Virus record (IMG/VR): IMGVR_UViG_3300012921_000080
Coordinates: 1-38,063 of that record
Source of the DNA: a virus
Lineage: Duplodnaviria > Caudoviricetes
DNA: 38,063 nucleotides
Reading direction: 5' to 3' (one strand)
The stretch's first letter is position 1. Each line of letters begins with the position of its first letter. The notes beneath the pieces are model-generated. The model was not told where the DNA came from. It saw nothing but the letters and a program-made list of their open reading frames with translations, and did not search any database. Positions 7,745 through 17,902 of the stretch are shown piece by piece. The position numbers and the translations under genes were made by a program.

Positions 7745-9582
7745 AGACGGCAGTTCTCCAGCATCCGGGCCGCGTCCTGGATCTTGGCAACATCGGCCAT
7801 CATCGTCGCCAGCGGCACGAGCTCGCCGTCGTCGCCGGGAATGGCGAGCTCGCCGAACTCGTCCAGTTCCTCGCGGCTGAAGGCCGGCGCGTCCGCGAAT
7901 TCGGCCGGATCGTCGAGCCCGCCATAGGTGCCGGGTGGGTCGCCGCGCCTGGCGGCGGCCGCCTCGAGCTCGGCGTCCGACCAGCCGGGCGGGATCTCGC
8001 CCGTCCTCGTCGCCGGTGCTGCCGCATCGTCCATCCGCACGAACACGTTCTCCAGCGCGTCGAACGGGTCGATGCCGTCGCGCAGCGATATCTCGGCGGC
8101 GCGCCGCAGCACCTGATCGTCGATCGCCGGGCCGGCATAGGACTGCAGCTCCGCCACGACGTCCTCGGCCGCGCGCCGTTCCGAAAGCCGCGTCTCGTGC
8201 TCGGCCCGGGCTGCCGGCGCATCGCCGTCCTCGCGGGCGAAGATCTTCTCGCCGCGCATCTCCCTGTCGACCGCGTCGAGGAGATCGCGCACGCTCGTCA
8301 CCTGCGTCTCGTCGGCGCGGCCGATATAGCCCGCTTCCTCGGCCGCCTCGCGCGCCTGGTCGAGCGTCATGCGGCGGTCGGGCCGGCCGCGCCGCGCGCG
8401 GCTGCGCGTCAGGTCTTGCGCGCCGATCGCCGCCATCTCGCCATTCTGGTCGAGCACGCCGCGTGCCGACAGGAACTCGACCAGCGACTGGCGGGCCGGC
8501 AGGGGCAGCGGCTCGGGGCCCAGCATCTCGTCGACAATGCGCGCGATCTGCGCCTCGTCCGGCCGGAAGTCCGGCTGGCGGAATTCGTCGGCGGCGCGAT
8601 GCGCCTCGCTGACCAGTTCGTCGTTGCGCTCAGGCGCGGCGACGCGCGGCCGGTTCGTCTCGAGATGATCGAGGATCTCGGCATGGTCGAGCGCCCCGCG
8701 CGCCGCTGCCGGCAGGCTGTCGCGGATCTCCGGCAGTTCGGCGCGGGCCGCCGCCATGTCGCCGTTCATCGCCGCGCGGATCTCTGGCCTTATCGCCGGC
8801 TCCATGGCCGCCTGCGCGCCGGCGGCGTCGAGCGATCGTCCCGCGAGCCGCGACGCGCCCTCGGCAAGCCCCTGTCCGGCCGCGCCGAACAGGCCGCCGA
8901 ACGCCGCCGCGAAGCCGACATTGCGGAAGGCGATGTCGAGCCCCGCATCCAGGCCGGCTTTCTCGCGCCAGGCCTGCACCTGCGGCTGCATTGCCGCCTC
9001 GACCGCGCCGTTGACCAGCGCCTCGCGCGTGGCGGCCGTCAGGATCCGGGTCGCCACCGTTCGGCCTGCGCCCGGGCCGCCGCCAAGCAACAGCGTGCCC
9101 ACCTGCAGCGGATCCCGCAGCATGCCGGCCGCGCTGCCCGCGATCTGGGCCGCGAACGTGCCGAGGCCCGGCCGGGAAGCGGCGACGACGCCAAGCCGCT
9201 CCTCGGCGCGGCGGGCCTCCGCGCCCGGGTCGAGCGGCCGCATGATGATCTCGGCCTTGTCGGGATGCGCGCTTGCCACGTCCTGCAGCGCCTGCCGCCA
9301 CTCATATTCGACCTCGGCGCGGCTGCGCACCATGCGCTCGCCGCGCGGGCCGACGCTGTTCTGCGGCGCAAGGTCGGGATTGGCGATGCGCACGCCCGTC
9401 TCGGCGAAGATGGTCTCGATCTGCCGCGCCCGCGCCGCCTCGAGGGCTTCCTGTTCGGCATTGGTGTTGTCGACCAGCCGCATCTGCTCATAGGCGGCCG
9501 AAAAGACGTCGGACATCGACGCCTCGCCGCCGGCGAATGTGTCCGCGATCGACCGGCGATCGCTGCGATACCAGAAGCTCAT
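7741..9582 (-). CDS. Internal virion protein
   Basis: Start at 9582 (MSFWYRSD) by ATGA overlap; Ala/Gly-rich amphipathic segments; synteny. Confidence 0.65.
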   Translation of the reverse strand: MSFWYRSDRRSIADTFAGGEASMSDVFSAAYEQMRLVDNTNAEQEALEAARARQIETIFAETGVRIANPDLAPQNSVGPRGERMVRSRAEVEYEWRQALQDVASAHPDKAEIIMRPLDPGAEARRAEERLGVVAASRPGLGTFAAQIAGSAAGMLRDPLQVGTLLLGGGPGAGRTVATRILTAATREALVNGAVEAAMQPQVQAWREKAGLDAGLDIAFRNVGFAAAFGGLFGAAGQGLAEGASRLAGRSLDAAGAQAAMEPAIRPEIRAAMNGDMAAARAELPEIRDSLPAAARGALDHAEILDHLETNRPRVAAPERNDELVSEAHRAADEFRQPDFRPDEAQIARIVDEMLGPEPLPLPARQSLVEFLSARGVLDQNGEMAAIGAQDLTRSRARRGRPDRRMTLDQAREAAEEAGYIGRADETQVTSVRDLLDAVDREMRGEKIFAREDGDAPAARAEHETRLSERRAAEDVVAELQSYAGPAIDDQVLRRAAEISLRDGIDPFDALENVFVRMDDAAAPATRTGEIPPGWSDAELEAAAARRGDPPGTYGGLDDPAEFADAPAFSREELDEFGELAIPGDDGELVPLATMMADVAKIQDAARMLENCRL

Positions 9583-12314
9583 CGCTCGCGCACGCTCGAC
9601 CAGGCGTCGGATCCCCGCCGATGGGTGCGCGACAGCATGCCGACGTCGAGCTCCCAATATCCGCCGTCGGCGGCTGGCACGAATTTCGGATCGCCAGCCT
9701 CGATGTCGCCCAGTGCGACGCGATAGCGCTCCGGCCCGACGCGCACCAGCTGGCCGCGGCGCAGCTGGTCGATCGTGATCGGAATGCCGTTCGCCGTGCC
9801 GATCGGAGCCTGGAAAAGCAGGCTGTCGCCCGTCAGGTCGAGCATCATCTCCTCGAGATCGTCGGCGGCGACGTCGGGCGGCGCGATCGTGGCGCGGCCG
9901 TTCACCGTCGCCATGCCGCCATACTTGACGCCGTTGCGCCAGGTCGCCCCGGTCACTTCCTCGAGGCCCTTCAGGAACAGCTCGCGCGCGGCGTCGCCAT
10001 TTTCGTCGAAGGTCTCGGTCGAGATCCCGCGCGCGGCCGCCCTGCGCTCGAACAGAGCCGTCGCCGCCTCCAGCACGCCCGGCATGGTGTCGGCAGGCAC
10101 CGCGCCCGCGAGATGCGCCTGGGCGGCGGACGAGATCTTCAACGGCGTCGGCAACGCGCTCTTGTATCCCGGCTGCCGGCGCATTTCGAGCGCCTCGGCG
10201 ATCTCGACCGCGGCGCGCTGCGACCCGGTGATGCCGGCAAGCCCCCCGACATGGGCAAGCAGCGGCGCATCGTCGGATATCTCGGCAAGCGCGCGCGGCG
10301 CGTCGCGGCCGAGGCCGGCCGACAGGGCCGAGGCGAGCGAGGGCAGCGCCAGCGGCGTCTCGGCAAGGGTCTTCTTCAGCGCATCGGTCTCGGCCGGCGT
10401 GAAGAAGCGCGGCGCAATGCCGTAGCGCTGCGCCACGGCGCTGGCGTCGGCGACGCGCTCGGAAAGGGAGGCTGTCAGCTTCGGGCCGTCGGAAAAGTCC
10501 AGCGGCTCGACCCGCACAAGGCCGGCGCGATCGGCGAAGGACAGCGGATCCGTCGTGAGCGCCTTGCCCATTTCGGCCCGGGCCTTCTCCATGATGTCGA
10601 GCGCCTGGACCGCGCGCGGGTTCGCGCCTTCCTTCTCGATGCGGGCGCGATGCGCGGCGATCTGCGCGTCCACCGCGGCGACCGGCAGGCCGGCCGAGGC
10701 GCGCTGCCAGCTCGCCATCGCCTCGAGGAAGGAGACGTCGTCGGCAAGCGCCGGATCCGTCGAGAGCGCAGCCTCCCGTTTCAGCGCGTCGATCGCGGCC
10801 GGCGCCACCGGATAGCCCTTCTCGAGGAAGGACATCTGCCCGTCCAGCGCCTTGTTGAACGCGCTCACCCTGCGGTTCGCGGCCGTCTCGTCCTTCGCTG
10901 CCCGGGAGAGCAGGTCCGATCGGACGTCCTCATAGCCTGCGCCGTCGAGCTTGCCGGCAAAGCCCTTGCCGGCCTTCCATTCCTCGTCGAAGGCCTTCAC
11001 ATAGGCCGCGCGCGGCACGCCTTCCGGCAATGCGTCGTAGCCGGCGACGATGCGCGCTTTCATGATCTCGCGCGTCGCCTGGGTGCGGCGCGCGTTCTTC
11101 TGCGCAGGTGTCGCCGGCGACGCCTCGATCTGCGCCTCGATGCCGCCAAGCGCCTCCGCGAGATCTGCATCCGCCTTTTCATCGCCGCCCGCGGCTGCGA
11201 GCCGGGTGGCGGCCGTCACCCTGGCGTCGATGTCGGCCTCGGCCGTGGCGGCGTGTTCGGCCTCGAGCCGCTTCTGCGCCGCGCTCGCTGCGGTGCGCAG
11301 CGCCGCGCTTGCCTGCGTCTGGAAGGCCTGGTCGACGATCGCGCGCGCCGCCGGCGGCATGTCCGCCGCATATCCCGCGCGCAAGGCCTTCAGGGCGTCA
11401 TTGAGCGCGGCCGGATTGCCCTGGTGCTGCAGCTCGAGCGCGTCCACCTGCGCGGCGATCGCCGTCGTCGCGCGCGACACGTAGATGTCGGTCGCGATCT
11501 TGTTGAAGGTCTCTGCGCCCGGCGTTCCCGCCGGCCGCAGCTGCAGCGGGCCGAGGCCGCCGGTCAAGCGGATGCCGGGCGTGGCCGAGCCGGCCGGGCC
11601 GCCTGCCTTCTTGAGCCAAAGGCCGGCGAACTCGCCCGCCGTCATGCCGGCCTGGCCGCCGTTGAGCGCGACGGCGTCCGCGCCCACGATCGACGCCGCC
11701 GGGGCGTTCGGGTTCGCCAGCAGCTTCGCCGCGCCGCCCGCGCCCTGCTGATGCGCCAGGTAGAGTTCCGCTCCGGTCGGTTCGCGGCCGAGCACCTTGC
11801 GCAGATGGGCGGCATTGTCGCGTGCAAGTCGGGCGGCGGCATCCGCCGCCTGCGCCGGGTCGTAGCGGTCGGCAAGGCCGTATTGGGCCGCCGTGCTGTC
11901 GATGAACTGGAATAGGCCGCCGGCGGACGATTTTGGGTTCTTTGCCTTCGGATTGCCGCTGCTCTCGATCATGGCGATGCGCAGCAGCGCGTTCGGATCG
12001 ACCCCGTGGCGCGTCGCCGCGGCCGACACGATGGAGCGGATCTCGCCCGACATGCCCCGCGTCATGCCGCCCGCCTCCGCCGGCTGCTGGAACGCATAGT
12101 CGACGCCCGGCATGGCCACTGTGCTGCCGTAGAGCGCGGCCTCCTCGGCCGACGCCTTGTTCGTCGCCTCCTCCGCCTTGCGCTTCAATGTGCCGGCAAG
12201 GCGGGTCGACGTCTCCGCCAGCCCTGCGAACAGGCTGGCAGCACCTGTGTCGGTATCGACCATCAGCGTGCCGGAGCGGGGGGCCTTGGCCTGGAAAGTG
12301 GGGATCTCCGCCAT
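9579..12314 (-). CDS. Internal virion protein with lytic transglycosylase (SLT-like) domain
   Basis: HGVDPNALLRIAMIESSGNP...SSAGGLFQFIDST...YLAHQQG matches SLT motifs. Confidence 0.85.
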   Translation of the reverse strand: MAEIPTFQAKAPRSGTLMVDTDTGAASLFAGLAETSTRLAGTLKRKAEEATNKASAEEAALYGSTVAMPGVDYAFQQPAEAGGMTRGMSGEIRSIVSAAATRHGVDPNALLRIAMIESSGNPKAKNPKSSAGGLFQFIDSTAAQYGLADRYDPAQAADAAARLARDNAAHLRKVLGREPTGAELYLAHQQGAGGAAKLLANPNAPAASIVGADAVALNGGQAGMTAGEFAGLWLKKAGGPAGSATPGIRLTGGLGPLQLRPAGTPGAETFNKIATDIYVSRATTAIAAQVDALELQHQGNPAALNDALKALRAGYAADMPPAARAIVDQAFQTQASAALRTAASAAQKRLEAEHAATAEADIDARVTAATRLAAAGGDEKADADLAEALGGIEAQIEASPATPAQKNARRTQATREIMKARIVAGYDALPEGVPRAAYVKAFDEEWKAGKGFAGKLDGAGYEDVRSDLLSRAAKDETAANRRVSAFNKALDGQMSFLEKGYPVAPAAIDALKREAALSTDPALADDVSFLEAMASWQRASAGLPVAAVDAQIAAHRARIEKEGANPRAVQALDIMEKARAEMGKALTTDPLSFADRAGLVRVEPLDFSDGPKLTASLSERVADASAVAQRYGIAPRFFTPAETDALKKTLAETPLALPSLASALSAGLGRDAPRALAEISDDAPLLAHVGGLAGITGSQRAAVEIAEALEMRRQPGYKSALPTPLKISSAAQAHLAGAVPADTMPGVLEAATALFERRAAARGISTETFDENGDAARELFLKGLEEVTGATWRNGVKYGGMATVNGRATIAPPDVAADDLEEMMLDLTGDSLLFQAPIGTANGIPITIDQLRRGQLVRVGPERYRVALGDIEAGDPKFVPAADGGYWELDVGMLSRTHRRGSDAWSSVRER

Positions 12315-12315
12315 G

Positions 12316-12852
12316 CTAGGCCGCCAGCTCCGCGATCTGTCCGCCGGCGTTGAGCACCGAGCCGAACAGGTTCATCATGCCCCTGCGCCTGGCATTGCGC
12401 GCCGCGCGTTGCCGCGCCATCGATCGCGCCAATGCGTCGTTGGACGCGATGCCGATCTCGCGCTCGGCGTCGGCTGTCGCCTGCCGCTTCGCCTCCTGCA
12501 CCGAGACCGAGCCGAGGTCGACGCCGCCGGCGGCGAACGCCACCGACTGGTCGGCGATCGTCTTCGCCAGTTCGTTCTTCAGCGCCGCCGTCGTTTCCTT
12601 GCCGGAGATGTATTCGTCGCGCGACGCGAATTGCTGCTGCGCGGCTTCCGCCTGGCCGGCCGCGAGGCCCGCGACGCCGGTGCCGATCGTCGACAGGACG
12701 CCGATCGTCGAGGCGATGCCCGACAGGCTGCCCAGTCCGCCGGCCGCCGCGGGCACCAGCGTCGAGGCTCCCGCTATGCCGGGAACCGCGACCGTGGCGG
12801 CAGTGGAGCCGCCGCCGAGCAGGGAAAGAAACAGTCCGCCGACGAGTTCCAT
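12316..12852 (-). CDS. Small internal virion protein (T7 gp14-like position)
   Basis: Gly/Ala-rich hydrophobic N-terminus, AAGGVDLGS motif, synteny. Confidence 0.65.
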   Translation of the reverse strand: MELVGGLFLSLLGGGSTAATVAVPGIAGASTLVPAAAGGLGSLSGIASTIGVLSTIGTGVAGLAAGQAEAAQQQFASRDEYISGKETTAALKNELAKTIADQSVAFAAGGVDLGSVSVQEAKRQATADAEREIGIASNDALARSMARQRAARNARRRGMMNLFGSVLNAGGQIAELAA

Positions 12853-12858
12853 CTCACC

Positions 12859-15348
12859 TCACACGACGATGTTCTTGGTCACCGACCGCACGGTCAGGGG
12901 GCCGGGGTGGAGCTGGGTTACGGTCAGCCTGCCGTGATCGGTGAAACCGTGCATGCCCTCGGCCTCGGCATAGCCGGTGACCGGCCGCGCCAACGGCCCC
13001 TCGTCGAGGATCGTGTCCTGGTTGCTGCGCAGCGGCAGGTCGACCGCCGGCGCGCCATTGGCGGCGATCGCGAGAGAGGTGGTGCCGAGGATGGAAATCC
13101 GCGCCCGGTTGACGCGCTTCAGCCGCGCCTGGCGTGCCCGCGTCTCCTCCTCGACGCTGACGGCCGGATCTGTCGCCGATGGCGCGCGCCAGGTGCCGAC
13201 GCGCACCGCCAGCGTGGCATGGTCCGCCCCGATGTCGATGGTGCCGCCGCTGACCACATAGGGCCCGAACACCCTGTCATTCGCCACCGCCCAGACAGTG
13301 CGCCCGTTGAAATCCGACAGGCCGCCGATCACATGCGTCTCGGTCATGAAGGTGAATTCCCGCGCCTCGTCGAGCAGCTTGTCGGCCTCCATGCGCTCGC
13401 GCCGGATCTGCGCCACGCCGTTGATCGACCGCTGCACCAGCCACCAGGTCACGTTGGCGTCGTCGGTGCAGACCGAGCGCACCTGACCATCGGTCGACCA
13501 TGGCGCGAAACCCGACACTTCCTGTGTGCGCATCATCGTCAGCGCCGTCATCGTGCCGGCCGCGTTCGCCATGATGATCAGGTCGCTGTCGATCCCGCTC
13601 GAGCCGCGGCGGCGGGTCATATCGACCGGGTCGCGGATGAGGAAGGCCGAAAGCACGCTCGCATTGTCGCCGACATAGTTCTGCTCGAGCTCGGTATAGT
13701 TGAGCTGCCGCAGCGTCGTCCCGCCCTCCTGGACGTAGAACAGCGCATTGTCGCTGGAGACGGTCGGCACGGCGCGCTTTATGCCAGGTGCGTCGGACAC
13801 CCCAAATTCGGGCACCTCCGTCGCCGAAAGCTTCGGGGTCTTGAGATAGACCACCTGCTTGTCGCCGAAGAAGACCAGAGTGCGCGCCACGACCATGTCG
13901 CGCAGCCCGTTGTTGAGGGTGCCGTCGAGATCGTAGGAGAAGGCGGCGGTCGCGATCGCGAGTTCCGTGTTGAGGTCGAAAGGGTCTCCCGTCACCGAGC
14001 AGAGGATGCCGTTCGGCCGGGCCTTAAGCCCGCCCATCACCAGGCGCTGCTGCGCGAAACGGCCGAAGGCAGGCCAGCCTCGCAGATCGGAAATGATGTC
14101 CTCGCCGCCCGCCTTGCCCTTAGTCTGGTTGCGCACGCGCACATAGCCGTTGTCCTCGAGCGCCGTGCCGGACATGACCAGCCAGGGCCGGTCCTTGTTG
14201 TCGTCGCCGGTGAACTCCACCTTCCATGCGCGATTGGTGGCGTCGGGAACCGGTGTCACCGTCAGGCCGGGACCGACATTCGGAAGACCCTCCAGCGCCG
14301 CCTTGATCTCGGCCGCCGTCGCAAGGCCGTCGCCGACGTGGTTCGTGATCGCCACCGTCGTCTCCCCCTCGAGGAGCAGATCGAACTTCTCGTCCAGAGT
14401 GATGTCGTAGGTGTAGATCTCCTGCACCGCGGTGACGCCGTTTGCATAGATCTCGCCATAGTCGGCGCGGGGGATGTTGATGAAAGCGATCGCATCGCAC
14501 GCCCATTCCGTCGACACACCCAGTCGCAGGATCTGCTGCGGCCTGAGATCGACATGGAAGGCCAGGATCGTGTCGAACTTCGTCTCGAACTTGATCTCGC
14601 GGATGATAGCCTCGCTCGCGGGGAAGTCTATCGCCGCGCGCCACGCCGTGCCCTCATAGACGTCGATATTGCCGGCGGTGACGACATAGGTGTGTGGCGA
14701 TCCCTGCTCCGGCGCATAGTCGCGCTCGATCGCGTCCGACAATGTCGCGCTCTCGGCCTTGAACTCGAGCGACCCCAGCGTCACGGCGCCCGCGGCCGTG
14801 GTGGCGTCGATCGCGATCCGGAACCTGTTCGCGGTGATGTTGGCTGTTCCCGGCGCCCCCACGGCGATGCGGCGGGTGAGCGCCGACAGGGTGATTTTCG
14901 CCGGTGCGCCGAAGGCTGCCCAGGCGGAGCCGGTCCAGTATTCGGCGATCAGCGCATTGTCCGCGCCGGTCGTTGCGATGAAGATGCCGCCGACGTCGAT
15001 CATGGTGACGGCGGTCGGCGCGCCGAAATCCACCTCCGCTACGACGAACCGCGTCGTCGAGGCCGCGGACGTGGTGATCGTCTCGTCGGGGTCGAGCAGG
15101 TCCGCCGCCGTGCCGCCGTTCGGCAGCGTGATCATGCCGCTGGTGACGGCGATCGCGCTCAAGGCGCGCCGCACGCGCCCGGCATCGGTCGACCCGCCGC
15201 GATCGGTGTAGCCGCCCTGCGGCAGCATGACGATGTTGTCGCCGTCCGACAGCGAGGAGCCGACGAACTTGGTATCGCGCCGCTCGATCGTGTGCGGGTC
15301 GAGCACGCCGTAGGTATGGGCCGCCTGGACGGTGGTGATCCTGGGCAT
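12859..15348 (-). CDS. Tail tubular protein B / nozzle (T7 gp12-like)
   Basis: 829 aa; N-terminal NIVMLPQGG..RGGS, GWPAFGRFAQQRL and QEVSGFAPW motifs; directly follows the adaptor. Confidence 0.8.
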   Translation of the reverse strand: MPRITTVQAAHTYGVLDPHTIERRDTKFVGSSLSDGDNIVMLPQGGYTDRGGSTDAGRVRRALSAIAVTSGMITLPNGGTAADLLDPDETITTSAASTTRFVVAEVDFGAPTAVTMIDVGGIFIATTGADNALIAEYWTGSAWAAFGAPAKITLSALTRRIAVGAPGTANITANRFRIAIDATTAAGAVTLGSLEFKAESATLSDAIERDYAPEQGSPHTYVVTAGNIDVYEGTAWRAAIDFPASEAIIREIKFETKFDTILAFHVDLRPQQILRLGVSTEWACDAIAFINIPRADYGEIYANGVTAVQEIYTYDITLDEKFDLLLEGETTVAITNHVGDGLATAAEIKAALEGLPNVGPGLTVTPVPDATNRAWKVEFTGDDNKDRPWLVMSGTALEDNGYVRVRNQTKGKAGGEDIISDLRGWPAFGRFAQQRLVMGGLKARPNGILCSVTGDPFDLNTELAIATAAFSYDLDGTLNNGLRDMVVARTLVFFGDKQVVYLKTPKLSATEVPEFGVSDAPGIKRAVPTVSSDNALFYVQEGGTTLRQLNYTELEQNYVGDNASVLSAFLIRDPVDMTRRRGSSGIDSDLIIMANAAGTMTALTMMRTQEVSGFAPWSTDGQVRSVCTDDANVTWWLVQRSINGVAQIRRERMEADKLLDEAREFTFMTETHVIGGLSDFNGRTVWAVANDRVFGPYVVSGGTIDIGADHATLAVRVGTWRAPSATDPAVSVEEETRARQARLKRVNRARISILGTTSLAIAANGAPAVDLPLRSNQDTILDEGPLARPVTGYAEAEGMHGFTDHGRLTVTQLHPGPLTVRSVTKNIVV

Positions 15349-15350
15349 CG

Positions 15351-15992
15351 CTACCAGCCCCAGCGCGCATCGTCCGGATCGTCATAGCCGGAACGGTTGT
15401 CGGTCAACGGGTTGGCGCCGCCGGCGACCTGGCGCGACGGGTTCGCCTGCGCATCGAGGTCGGCCGCGACCTTGAACTGGCCGCCCTCGCCCTGCATCTC
15501 CGGCGGCCCGTAGGCGTCGCGCCGCAGCACCTGGCGCAGCTGGGTGTCCTCGCGGATCTCGAGCGCGTATTCGGCTGCCAGCGCCAGCGTGTCGAGTTCG
15601 CGGAAATAGGCCGGCATGTCGTTCGGTTCGGGCCGGAACTGGTATTCGGCAAAGAGGGTGGATGTCGCGGTGTAGACCCGGTTTCCGGCGACCTCGAAGC
15701 GGGTCAGCGGCCGGTCGCTGCTGGCGTCGTCGAAATAGGCGCGCGGCAGCGCCAGCCGGTCGGGCGGGAGAAGGAAGCTCGAGCTCCATCCCAGAGGCGG
15801 CGTCTCTGTCTGGCGTGACAGCGCCACGAATTTCTTGGCGAAGTGCCAGGGATATTTCGACAGCAGATCCTCGAGCACAGCCTCGTAGGTGTCGAGCACG
15901 CCGGTTCCGGCCGGGCCGGGATCGCCGATCGACTGGATCGGCAGACAGCCGATGCGGGCAAGCGCGCGGTTGATGAGGGTGACGCGATCCAT
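15351..15992 (-). CDS. Tail tubular protein A / adaptor (T7 gp11-like)
   Basis: LINRALARIG...LLSKYPWHFAKKFVAL, typical of podovirus adaptors. Confidence 0.8.
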   Translation of the reverse strand: MDRVTLINRALARIGCLPIQSIGDPGPAGTGVLDTYEAVLEDLLSKYPWHFAKKFVALSRQTETPPLGWSSSFLLPPDRLALPRAYFDDASSDRPLTRFEVAGNRVYTATSTLFAEYQFRPEPNDMPAYFRELDTLALAAEYALEIREDTQLRQVLRRDAYGPPEMQGEGGQFKVAADLDAQANPSRQVAGGANPLTDNRSGYDDPDDARWGW

Positions 15993-16032
15993 TGTCTCTC
16001 CGAAGGTGGGACGTCCGGGAAAAGGGCGCCCC

Positions 16033-16089
16033 GTAGGCCGCTAGGCCGTCGCGAAGCGCCCCGTCCGGAGCGCTTCGCGCGTGAGGACA
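16033..16089 (+). repeat. Dispersed palindromic element, copy A (intergenic)
   Basis: GTAGGCCGCTAGGCCGTC-GCGAAGCGCCCCGTCCGGAG-CGCTTCGCGC-GTGAGGACA; 25 bp identical to 36391-36415. Confidence 0.75.
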
Positions 16090-16096
16090 AAATTCC

Positions 16097-16744
16097 TCAG
16101 TCCGGAACGATCGCGGTTGCGACCGCGCCCAGCGCCGTAAAGGCCTGCAGCAACCAGCCGGTCGCGAGATGCTGCCGGCAGATGTAGAGCTGCGTATGCG
16201 TCAGCAGCGCCTCCGAAGCGTCGCTGTCGACATTGTTGATGGTCTGGTTGGACCCGGCCGGCGTGCGCAGTTCGCAGTTGGTCGACGGCTTCACCCAGAT
16301 CTTGATCTCGCGGCCGCGCGTCGCTTCCGACGCCGTGGGCAAGGTCAGGATGTGGTTTGCGTCGGCCGAGGTCGCCTCTACGAAGGTGTCGTTGGCATGG
16401 ATGAGGCCGGTGGTCAGGCCGTCCGCCGTGGGCACGACCGCGCGCACGCCGCCGCCGGCGGTATCGCTCTCGCGCGTGATCGACACGTTGGTGCCGTCGT
16501 TTGCCGAGACGATCCAGTTGCGCAGCATCGGCGTGCCGTCGAGGTCGACGCGGCCGTAAAGCACCTCACCCTTCTGCAGCACGGTGGCCAGGTCGTTGAA
16601 ATAGCCGGGCGTCTCGATCGTCGCGACGTCGCGATTGCTCGACAGATCCCAGTCGCAAAGCTGCTTGATGTTGGCGCCGGTGCCGTAGCTGACACCCTCG
16701 CCCTTGCGGCGGATAATCGTGTTGCCGCTGTCGATGGTTCTCAT
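16097..16744 (-). CDS. Virion structural protein (possible capsid decoration/cement protein)
   Basis: Directly after the capsid gene; GAAGGA RBS; IETPGYFN motif; beta-rich. Confidence 0.6.
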   Translation of the reverse strand: MRTIDSGNTIIRRKGEGVSYGTGANIKQLCDWDLSSNRDVATIETPGYFNDLATVLQKGEVLYGRVDLDGTPMLRNWIVSANDGTNVSITRESDTAGGGVRAVVPTADGLTTGLIHANDTFVEATSADANHILTLPTASEATRGREIKIWVKPSTNCELRTPAGSNQTINNVDSDASEALLTHTQLYICRQHLATGWLLQAFTALGAVATAIVPD

Positions 16745-16820
16745 GGTCCAGTCCTTCAGGTTTGGCCGAAGCGGCCTGATTGCTCGGAAGCGAGGGCGGC
16801 CTAAGCCGCCCCGCCATTCG

Positions 16821-17687
16821 TCACGGCGTCGGCAGCGCGATATCGTCAGCGACGTATTTGGCCCTCAGCGGCACGGCGCCGGCCGGCAGGATCAGCTTGG
16901 AGCCGTTGCGCATGCGCATGTTGTGGGTCCAGCAGTCCTTGCGGTTGTCCCACACGACGTTGCCGGTGAGCTGGCGGACATAGCCGAAGCCGATCGAGGA
17001 CCGGTGCCACATCATGCAGGTCACCTCGTTGGCGGAGTTGCCCTCGCGCACGATGTCGTCGTCGAGCGCGAAGATGTGGATGCCGTTCCACGTCTTGGCG
17101 AGCGCTCCCTTCACCAGCGGCAGGTCGGGCCCGACATAATCGGCGTTCGCGATGCGCTTGTCGCCGATCAGCATCGACCAGGAGACGCTGTCGACCGCGC
17201 AGAACACCTGGCCGTCGCCGACAGGCACCTTGTTTGCCATGAGGCGCTGCTTGCCCTTGACCAGCGTGGTGACGCTCATCAGGTCGCTGAACGCGCCGAC
17301 ATAGGTGGTCGACGTGGCCTTCAACGCACGGATGATCTTCTTGTCGTGGACGCGGCCGAGCGCCATGGCGCTGCGCTTGGACACGTTCTGCTGGCGCGCG
17401 ACCGTCATCTGGTCGAGATCGTCCTCGTAGACCTCCTCGAAGGCGCGATCCTTCGTGGTTTCGACCTCGACGGTCGTGTCGTTGGCGTTGATCGGACGCG
17501 CGGTGTCGCCACGCTTCACGTCCTCTTCCGCCTCACCGACGCCGAAGACCGGAAAGTGCATCTTGGTGCCGACGATCTTCTCCGGCGGCATGGTGACGTT
17601 GCGCAGCGCGAAGCCGCCGTGCTGGTATTCGTGAAGGGCCTGCGCCTTCCACTGTTCGACATAATGGTTGGGTGCCGTCTGCGACAT
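16821..17687 (-). CDS. Major capsid protein
   Basis: Start at 17687 (MSQTAPNHYVEQW); size and position after the scaffold; motifs AMALGRVHDKKII, IANADYVG and WHRSSIGFG. Confidence 0.85.
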   Translation of the reverse strand: MSQTAPNHYVEQWKAQALHEYQHGGFALRNVTMPPEKIVGTKMHFPVFGVGEAEEDVKRGDTARPINANDTTVEVETTKDRAFEEVYEDDLDQMTVARQQNVSKRSAMALGRVHDKKIIRALKATSTTYVGAFSDLMSVTTLVKGKQRLMANKVPVGDGQVFCAVDSVSWSMLIGDKRIANADYVGPDLPLVKGALAKTWNGIHIFALDDDIVREGNSANEVTCMMWHRSSIGFGYVRQLTGNVVWDNRKDCWTHNMRMRNGSKLILPAGAVPLRAKYVADDIALPTP

Positions 17688-17810
17688 GGTTATCCCCGTG
17701 GGTTGCAAAAATGGGCTGTCGCGGGGGCCGAGTGCCGGGGATGTCGCGGGCCTTTCCCTTTCGGGCCGGGTGCCGCTCGTCGACCGGGTCCATTCCTCCG
17801 TCGTGCGGGG

Positions 17811-17843
17811 AGGCTATGGCCGGGAGGCGAGGTGTTACGTTTC
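17811..17843 (-). promoter_or_regulatory. Putative late promoter, copy 3 (GAAACGTAACA-N16-TAGCCT), upstream of the capsid gene
   Basis: Exact 11-mer with the same spacing, immediately after a terminator. Confidence 0.8.
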
Positions 17844-17849
17844 AGAAGC

Positions 17850-17877
17850 AAAAACCCGCCGGAGGGCATCCGGCGGG
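17850..17877 (-). terminator. Rho-independent terminator after the scaffold gene
   Basis: CCCGCCGGA-tgccc-TCCGGCGGG followed by TTTTT on the minus strand. Confidence 0.85.
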
Positions 17878-17902
17878 CTCGCATGGCGCGGGAAGGGGCG
17901 GA

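Noticed and set aside
16792-16812. GGGCGGC-ctaa-GCCGCCC hairpin after the capsid gene as a terminator or frameshift signal
   Set aside because: No U-tract and no slippery sequence at the capsid 3' end; at most an mRNA stability hairpin
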